From positions 831,817-895,816 of the forward strand of contig CAVNZM010000013.1 in NCBI GenBank assembly GCA_963693365.1: a stretch of DNA of 64,000 nt, given 5' to 3'. Positions within the stretch are counted from its first letter, which is position 1. Each line of letters begins with the position of its first letter. The translations under genes were made by a program, and so were the position numbers. The notes beneath the pieces were generated by a model. It had not been told where the DNA came from, did no database searches, and worked only from the letters and a program-made list of their open reading frames with translations. The stretch is from Amoebidium appalachense (Eukaryota; Protista; Ichthyosporea). Shown piece after piece: positions 55,173-64,000 of the stretch.

Positions 55173-56199
55173 TCTCCCCTTCCCCGCCGCCGCCGCCGTC
55201 GCCCCTATATATATGGCGAATTTTTTTTGTTAACTGGTTTTGCTGTCAAAGATGTGACATATGAGATTGTGGGTATTATTAATGGGCAGCTCAAAGAGAA
55301 CAAGCATCTTTTCTTTAAATTTTCCCTTCCTTTTTTCTTTCCTTTTTCTTGCTTTCCTTGATATTAAATTTCCCTCGGTCTTCTCTTTATATTATTAATT
55401 TCAAGTTGGTCTGTCTATCAACTACAGTACGTGATATCGGATTTAGGTACCAATTGCAAATTGTAGGATTAAAGAGGAAAACGGCTCAAGTCAGCTGATT
55501 TTGAACAAACGAAACCTCTGTGTGGGTGCTTGTGTGTGACTGGGAGTGTGCATGTGCAGGCACACCTGCATTGGCGCATTCGGGGACAGGGATGTTAACT
55601 TCGACGAACAAAGCTTGAGGAATCGGCCCCTCTCTCTTTTCATTCTCACCACTTCTTAAGTATTTTTTTTAATTTCTTTTTGTTTCTGTGTTTGTGCTGG
55701 TGGTGGTGGTGGTGGTGGTGGTGGTGGTGGTGGTGGTGGTGGGTGGGTGGGTGGGGTGTTGGGGGGGGGGGTCCGGGGGGGGGGGGGGGGGGGGGGGGAG
55801 TTTGTATGCAAGACAGGGGGGGGGGGGGGGGGGGAGGGGGCGAGGGAAACATGTTTGCAAGATACCAGCGCTCCTCATCAAATTTGGCAAATTGGCAGGT
55901 ACGCACGTTCCAATTCAGGCTTTCGTATCGGTCCTGATTTATTTTGAGATATATTGCTGTTTGGCATTCAATAAAAACTCTGGATAAACCGAACGTGAAT
56001 GTTTCACGAGCCACAGTGACTAGATGTGTCAACCGTGTACCATGCACTCCTGCCACCAAAAAGCACCGGCTAGTTGACATAGTGATTGCTGCAGAACTGG
56101 AAGCATTTCCAACAGCATGCAAAAAAAAAAAAAAAAAAAAAAAAAAATGTGTGAGCGCGCACGCGTGCGTGCGTGTGTGTGTGTGTTTGGGGGAGGGAG

Positions 56200-56230
<31 letters not shown>

Positions 56231-56232
56231 AA

Positions 56233-56265
<33 letters not shown>

Positions 56266-56409
56266 GGGGGGGGTAAATACATGTATGATCTAAATTCCAG
56301 TAATAACTCTGGCGGATACGTGCGCACGTGCATAACAACATTCGAAACTCTACAATTCCCCCGACGAATATATATACAGGTCCTCAGTCGTTTCAGATCT
56401 CGTCATCTG

Positions 56410-56611
56410 TCATCGTCGTCGATAGGGCGATGGGCTGCGTGATCTGTAAATTCGCAGGTGTTAGGGTCTTAGGCTACTAGGTCAATAAACAAACATGAAA
56501 CCTATCTGGCTACGTTCTGATGTAAGAAGCAGCGACTTGCCTATGAACTATGAGTAGAGCCAATCCAAAAGTATATCCTTGCCTATTAGACCACCCCCCC
56601 GCCCCCCTTCC

Positions 56612-56694
<83 letters not shown>

Positions 56695-57048
56695 ACACAC
56701 CCACACACCATCACCACCAACCGTCCTCCGTCCGTCAGCTACACTTAGTTTCTACTGTGATACTGTAGTCAAGAGAAGTTTTCAGGTTTACAGAATAAGC
56801 AGGAGAGGAAGAAGATGAAACCATGGCGAGTGTGTGTGTGTGTGCACGCAGGGGAGGGGGGAGAGGGAAGGGGATAGGCTTTAACAAGTAGGCAGTAAGG
56901 TAGATAACTAGTAAGGAGCATTCTTGGGACTCGAGAATACAACGGCTGGTTATTGCGAGGGGGCCAGTGAACGTATGTGCCCATAAGAGGGAGTGTTGTT
57001 GTTTTTCTGTTTCCTTTTCTTTCTATATTTTATTTTCCTCCTTTTTTT

Positions 57049-57079
<31 letters not shown>

Positions 57080-57227
57080 GGGAGGGGGGGGGAGGGGGGG
57101 GGAGGGGGAAGGGGAACGTACCGTCTCCGTGGGCTTCTTGAGCGGCGTCGAGGTGGTGACCTGTGGGGTATCAGGTGATGGTAACCACGTGTATGCACGT
57201 GTGTGTGTGTGTGTGTGAGCGGGGGGA

Positions 57228-57259
<32 letters not shown>

Positions 57260-58378
57260 GGGATGGAGGGGAGGGAGTGAAGGGGGAGCAAAGAGGGGGG
57301 AGGGGGGCAAAAGGGGGGCAAAAGGGGGAAGAGGGGGGGGGGGGGAGACAAGTCGTTAGTAATGTCGCCTTCTAAAAACTTTGCACTCCTTACCAAAAGG
57401 TCACAATAACTGCCTCTGTCAATCTCTCGTCAAAAAAAAGAAGAAGAGGAAGAAGAAGAAAAAACGGGAAGGTTGAGTGGTGTGCAGGGTAAATGGTTAT
57501 GTCCATGCATGCGCGTACGTGTCCGCTGTGTGGATCTTTCTACATGACAGTTGCTCATGTCTAGTCGGTGAGTACATGTATCAGGTGTGGGAGAGGATAA
57601 GCGGAGGTTGGGCGCGGGGGGAGGGGGAGGGGGGGGGGTTTTGAATGCGTCAAAAAGCACGAAGTACACAAGAACAAACGGATAACACGATGCAGAATGC
57701 AAGCCATACATAAAGAGTATGCATAATAAGCAGAGCCCATCCTCAGGGGGGGCCCACGTCATCCACAGTACCCGAGTTTCGACCTATTCCCCTCGTTAAC
57801 GAAACCCAACTCAGATACTGTTTCACTTGAACATGAGTAGGTCACCCGTCTTGATCAGAGACGAGCAGGGTTGCTTATGCAGGCAAGGGCAGTGGGAAAG
57901 GCCGGGGGTTAAAGTTGCAGCAGTAAGCAGAAGCAAGAAAAATATAGATAGGAACTCAGGAGACGGGGCTTCTAGGAAGCTCCCCCGTCGATACCTAAGT
58001 CGATACTTCCCTGGCTAACATACTACACCAGCTGAAAAGAATTAAGTCCCGAAGGCCACAGAATTCGTAATCAGAGGGGAAAATATGAGATTTGACCCAC
58101 GCCGCAGGGTAGTAACACGCTTACTAGGGCGGAACTTTATCGTCTTCGAACGGAAAGCTATGCCCCCGGATGTCAGCCGGAAATATGGTATCACCCATTG
58201 CTTTGGGCTTGAAAAAAGCCAAACCGATAGTCCGAGTTATGTTACGCCGGGCGGGGGGGGGGGGGGGGGAAGGGGAGAGGAGGGAGGGAGAAGCGAGAAC
58301 ATGCGTGTGTGTGCGCGTGTGCATGTGTGAATGTGTGTGTGTGTGCGCGCGTGTGTACGTGTGTGCGTGTTTGTGTGT

Positions 58379-58453
<75 letters not shown>

Positions 58454-59127
58454 TGTGTGCGTGTGTGTATCTGTGTGTATGCACACGCCTGGCAAGCAGG
58501 CATGTGTGTGAGCATGTGCACGCACGTGTACGTGTATCCACTCACGGTGAGCACGTACCTGTATCTGTGTGGGCTTGGTGATCCCGAATACGACCTTCTG
58601 CGCTTGTACGGGCTGCGGCTGCGGCTACGACTCCTCCTCCGGGGAGGTGACCGGCTCCTACTCCGACTCCTACTTCTGCTACGTCTAAGAAATAAGAAAG
58701 ATGGTGGTGGTGGTGGTGGTGGTGGTGGTTGGGTGAAGGGCACGGGGGTAGGGGGGGGGGGGGGGGGGGGGGGGGGAGGAGGGAGGAGAATGTGGCGGAG
58801 GAATAGAGCGAAAGGAATGAAAGAAGCTTGTTAGGTGATGCGTGTGTGTGTTATGTGTTTGTTTGTTTGTTTGTTTTTTTTTTGGGGGGGGGGGGGGGGA
58901 GAGGGGAAGGGAAAGGGGGAGGAGGGGGAGGGGAGGAGGGATTATAAGGGCATGGAAGAACGAGGGAGGAATGGAGGGAAAGATGTGGAAGAGGTTGTTA
59001 GCACATCACACGAAACCTCTTTTTGTTGCGATTCATACGCTGCGAAAGATACGACAAAAAGGGTGCAGGGTGAAAGGGGCGTGGGTGGGTGAAGGGGAGG
59101 GCAATGGGGAGGGAGGAGTGCGTGTGT

Positions 59128-59161
<34 letters not shown>

Positions 59162-59272
59162 GCAAAGTGATAGGTCCAAGTGCTATATCGGTAGTTGAGG
59201 AGGGCCGGGAAGTGAATGAGAGGGAGGTGCGAGTGTGTTTGTATGCGAGTGTGTGTATGTATGTGTGTGTGT

Positions 59273-59366
<94 letters not shown>

Positions 59367-61198
59367 TGTGTGTTTGCGTGTGTGTGTGTGTGTGTGCGTG
59401 TGTGTGTGTGTGCCCACACACACGTGCGTGCGCTTATGCATGAAGTGTCCGGGGGCAAGGGAAGAGGGGGATGGTGGTTGGCGTGTTCAGTCAAACAAAT
59501 ATTTGTTGTTGTTGTTGGGGAAGGGGGACAAATACCCATATCTTCTTCGGAGAGGGCTGGGGCTTCTTGACCGTGACCTCCCAGGTGACCTAGAGACATC
59601 TGGCAGTCAGATACACGTACAAACACGCATTGTCCTGTGCCCTTCGTCGGGGAAACTACCCCCCCCCCCCCCCCCCCCCAAACACACACACACACATACA
59701 ACAAAGAAAAAAACAGGCACACAACAGCTAAAGGGCTCTCCTCTCTACCCCTCCCCTCCACACCCACCCACACCCACAAACGAACCTCCCCGCACACCCA
59801 TAACCATAACAAAACCAACAGCAACAACCACACGCAAACACAAAAACACACACACACACACACAAAACAAACCAGGAAAAAAAACATGTTCCTTTTCTTC
59901 CAATTATACCTCGCTCCCTCCCCTCTCCCCCCGCCCACCACCCACCCACCCACTCACCCACACAAAACAAAAAGGGGGGGGGGGGGGGGGGGAAGGGGGG
60001 GGAAGAGGGAGGGAGGGGGGGGAGGGGGGGGCGAGGGAAGGGGGGAGGGGGGAGGGAGGGAGGGAGGGAGGGAGGGAGGGAGGGGGAGGGAGGGAGGGAG
60101 GGAGAGAGGAAGACAGGGAGGCAGGGATGGAGGGGGGCAGGGAGGGAGGGAGGGAGGGAGGGAGGGAGGGAGGGAGGGAGGGGGGGGGGGGGGAGAGGGA
60201 GGGAGGGGGGGGGAGGGGGAGGGGGAGGGAGAGGGGGAGAGAGAGGGAGAGGGAGAGAGAACCCTCAGAGCATCCACAACCTGCTGACCTTAGCCTGCAG
60301 CCTACGTATCTCGTCCATAGCCAACCACCATGTCCCACACTCTGTTCACCTATGGACAAATAAACACACCGGAACATAACGTACCACACACTGTTCGCTA
60401 TGGGCATATGACCAAAGAAAGAAACCAGAACACGACGTACAACTACCCTGTTCAACCTATGGGCAAGCAAAGAAGATAGAACACCACCTACCACATCCTG
60501 TTGACCTTAGCCTGCAGCCTGTGTATGTCGTCGTCCCACCTATGAACAGAACCGAGAAACCAGAATACGACGTACCACAACCTGTTCAACCTATAAACAA
60601 ACAGAGAATATAGAGCACAGCGTACCTCATCCTGTTGACCTTGGCCTGCAGCCTATGTATCTCGTCCTCCCTCTCCATCCTGGCCTGCGCCTCTCTGCTG
60701 ACTTTCTCCTGTGCCTTGGCCTTGTCCTGCTTCACTGCAAATGCATGACAATTAGCCAATCACACCAGTTGGGTTGTTTTGCTTGATGACTGCCTTGGGA
60801 GCAAGAAAATGTTCTTTTTTTAAAAGTTTTAGCTCTTCTAATGTATCTTCCATGCATTGCACCTTCGTAATTAGACTGTATAGATGAAATAAATAATCTT
60901 TGGTAGAGACCAAATAAATTATTTTGAAACCATTCCTGCATAAGTAGCGCGCACCAGAAAAGGGGGTGTGATATCGATCTCTTTTTCCTCTCTCTCTCTC
61001 TCTCCCCCTCCCTCCCTCCCTCCCTCTCCCCCCCCCCTCCCCTCCCTCCTCCCCTCCTCCCACCCACCCTCTTTCTCTCTCTCTGTCTCTCGCTCTTTCT
61101 CTCTTTCTCTTTCTCTCTCTCTGTTTGTGTGTATGTGTGTGTGTGTATATCAGCGCGGGCGCGTGTGTGCCTGTGTATGTGTGTGTGTGTGTGTGTGT

Positions 61199-61236
<38 letters not shown>

Positions 61237-62096
61237 GCATTACGTGTTTTGTTGAGAGCCATCTGTCGTTTTCTCTTCATCTTCTCCAAAATAGACAGCT
61301 TCTTCTCTCCCTCATCCTCCTTCTTGCCTATTGGGAGAGCCTTTTTCTTGGCTGCTTCAGATGCAGCCTTGGATCGGTAACTGCAAAACACACAAAGGAA
61401 GGGCGGGCGGGCGGGGGGGGGGGGGGGGGGGGGGGGGGATGGGGCCGGAAGATAGTTGGAGGTGTATGTGCATATATGATGCGGAATACGGTACTTGTGT
61501 GTACATGTACATACACACGCAAAAGCGTGAGCATATTGTACACACGCGCACATACAGTAACACACGCACACAAAAATGTAAAAACACGTGAACGCACACA
61601 TAAAATAGGGGTGTGTCAGTAAGCAAAGCCTCTCTTCACCTATAACACATCTTGGGCCTCCTATAGTACATCTCAGCAGCCTATTTTTCATTCAATCGTC
61701 ATCTATGCCCTCAAAACAACGATTGATGTGCTCAAAAACAAACAAATTCCAAAACAAGAATTCAAATTAAAATATTAAAAAAATAATAACAAAAAAAAAA
61801 AAAGAAACACGGGTGCCCAAGCGATTACCGATTACAGTATGAAGCACTGAATTATACTAACATTCATTCTCGCAGTCGCATACTGACATGTGTGCCCTGC
61901 ACCCTCCCCCCCCCCCCCCCCCCCCCCCTCGTCTTCCCCCCTCCCCCTCTGCTCCCTCCCTCTCTCCCTCCCACTTCATCCCCAACCTCCCAGACTCACG
62001 CACCATATTCGTTTTCCTTTGAACCGAAACGTTATCGATTCGTAAAAAAAGGTATTAAGGCAAGGTGCCTGTGTGTGGGTGTGTGTGGGTGTGTGT

Positions 62097-62159
<63 letters not shown>

Positions 62160-62249
62160 CTGGGGGGGGGGGGGGGGGGGGGGGGGAAGAAGAGAGAGAA
62201 GAAAAAATCTGATACCTTAGCTCCTCAGGCCTTGGGGAGTTGATGATCA

Positions 62250-62294
<45 letters not shown>

Positions 62295-62549
62295 TGTGTG
62301 TTGTGTAAGAACAAATGGGTGTCCGCGCACACCCGTTGAGTGCATATGTAGGTGAGTGAAATCGTGTTGTGTGGATGTGTGGATGCTGGCGTGTGTGTGC
62401 GGGGCGTGTAAAAAGTCTGGGGGAGAACGGCAGGGAGACAGTGGGAAAGTGGAGAGGGGAGAGGGTAGATAGAACATGATGGGAGAATGGATGTCGGAGG
62501 GATGAGGGTAGGAGGGGGAATGGGGAATGGGGAATGTTTGTGTGTTGGT

Positions 62550-62625
<76 letters not shown>

Positions 62626-62658
62626 TAGGTTAGCACCATTCTTCTGTAGATGACACCA

Positions 62659-62715
<57 letters not shown>

Positions 62716-62826
62716 GTAACCCTCACAATGTTTGGTAAATTTCCACAATGTAGTCAAATATGCATCCGACAAAGTGCAGTCTCCAGTAATGCACAACACC
62801 ACTATTCCCCCCCCCCCCCCCCCCCC

Positions 62827-62879
<53 letters not shown>

Positions 62880-63318
62880 TCGTACCCTGATTTGGGGATG
62901 GAAAAAGAAGCATATTCGACCCTATTCTTTCAGACACCCCATACTCAAACCTGCAGACATAGCACCATAAGCGATGCACATACACACACACACACAAAAA
63001 ATACAGGATCTATTTAACTCACCTTTCCTTTTGTGTGTTTTCGAGAAGTGAAAGAGGGAGGAAGGATAGGTGGTGGGTTGGATGGGGGCCGGGGGGGGGG
63101 GGGGGGGGGGGGGAGGGGTCGGGGTCTCAGAGAGAGGAAGGTAAGAAGACACACGGGGAGGGAGAGGGACAGAGGCAGAAGTGGAGAAGGGAAAGGGAGA
63201 GAACAAGGGAGGGGGAGGGAGGGAGGGGACGGGAGTAAAAGGGGGGGGGGGGGGAGCTGGGGCGAGAGAGAAAAAGCGGAAAAGGGAGAGCAAGAGCGAG
63301 AGAGCAAGTGGGACAGAC

Positions 63319-63349
<31 letters not shown>

Positions 63350-63377
63350 CAACACACCCACCCACCCACCCACACAC

Positions 63378-63416
<39 letters not shown>

Positions 63417-63606
63417 GCACGCACGCACACATGCACACACACAAAGAACACACACACACCATTGAAAACAAAAAATAAAAACACCATCTCACCTTTCATC
63501 ATCGACGTGGCCTGTGCCACCACTCTGCGTGAGTGTAATTTCACGGATGAATTCTGTTTTGGCCGGCCGCTGGGGAGAGGGGGACCGAGAAGAAGATGAA
63601 GACCGC
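56410..63606 (-). CDS. CLASRP: CLK4-associating serine/arginine-rich protein (CLASRP/SFRS16-like), 3' portion; 5' end outside window
   Basis: Exons (minus): 63606-63493, 62950-62886 (tentative; exons between 62886 and 61380 are unresolved), 61380-61244, 60734-60626, 59589-59536, 58684-58559, 57160-57122, 56443-56410 (TGA). [31 protein letters not shown]...EREDEI resembles the CLASRP C-terminal coiled coil as I recall it, followed by an RS/SP-repeat tail. Confidence 0.8.
57630..57935 (-). repeat. Dispersed repeat family A, longest copy
   Basis: Highly similar (reverse complement) to 30800-31095 and 52561-52830. The core is GCTCGTCTCTGATCAAGACGGG...CTGAGTT...AAACTC...CCCTGAGGATGGGCTCTGCTTA...TGTACTTCGT...CATTCAAA, then a C-run. 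Confidence 0.9.
60268..60668 (-). repeat. Degenerate tandem array derived from a CLASRP exon 3' end plus donor site
   Basis: About seven units containing GGT(C/TG)AACAGG..TG-GTACG; two units extend to GGCTGCAGGCTAAGGTCA, copying exon 60734-60626. Confidence 0.85.
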
Positions 63607-63639
63607 CTGAAATTTACCAAAAATAAATCAGAGATATAT

Positions 63640-63975
63640 TTAAGATAAACAGAGGATAGCCAAGCGAGAGTTTGTTTAGGGTGTATCAAAAACATATCGG
63701 CTGTATATTTTAAAATAAACACGGGATTTCCAAACAACAGTGTCACTTTTATTGTCCAAAAAAAAAAAAAACAAGGGATCACCAAGCAGGTGTTTATGAA
63801 GGACTTATCAAAATCATATCAGCGGTTCATTAAGATAAGAACGAGATTTCCAAACAACAGTATCATAGGTTTATCGGAAACATATCAACGGTTTATCCAA
63901 GATAAACACGGGATTACCAAACAAGAGTTTATTACGGGTTTATCGAAAACATACAACATTATGGGGTTACCAGTA
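63640..63975. repeat. Degenerate ~65-bp minisatellite
   Basis: About five units of GATAAACACGGGATT(T/A)CCAAACAA...TTATC(A/G)AAA(A)CATATC. Confidence 0.8.
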
Positions 63976-64000
63976 ACATACGTGAGATTAAAATCATAAT

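Noticed and set aside
63640-63975. CRISPR-like repeat/spacer pattern (also 60268-60668)
   Set aside because: The units are degenerate along their whole length, have no unique spacers, lie in eukaryotic introns, and no cas genes are present.

Overview
This is intron-rich eukaryotic nuclear DNA, probably from a unicellular eukaryote. An opisthokont such as an ichthyosporean is plausible but is inference only. Short exons sit in introns packed with poly-C/poly-G runs and (CA)/(GT)/(CT)/(GCGT) microsatellites, so nearly all entries in the ORF track are low-complexity artefacts. Manual splicing gives five genes: a 5'-incomplete C2 + EF-hand phosphatidylserine decarboxylase (PSD2 type, +), an uncharacterised coiled-coil gene (-), U11/U12 snRNP 35K (SNRNP35, +), mitochondrial glutamyl-tRNA synthetase (EARS2-like, -) and the 3' part of CLASRP (-). 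There is also an intronless BTB/KCTD pseudogene. The most unusual signals are: (1) about 20 copies of two related, hairpin-rich dispersed repeats that end in or sit in poly-C and lie in the sense orientation of their host gene in every intragenic copy recognised; (2) recurrent degenerate duplications of exon/intron junctions that create decoy splice sites or in-frame candidate micro-exons in three different genes; (3) introns with complementary microsatellites at opposite ends and acceptors lacking a pyrimidine tract; (4) several small TIR elements; (5) an intergenic block of seven adjacent stem-loops next to a CCAAT/TATA promoter. All exon calls were read by eye and have no RNA support.
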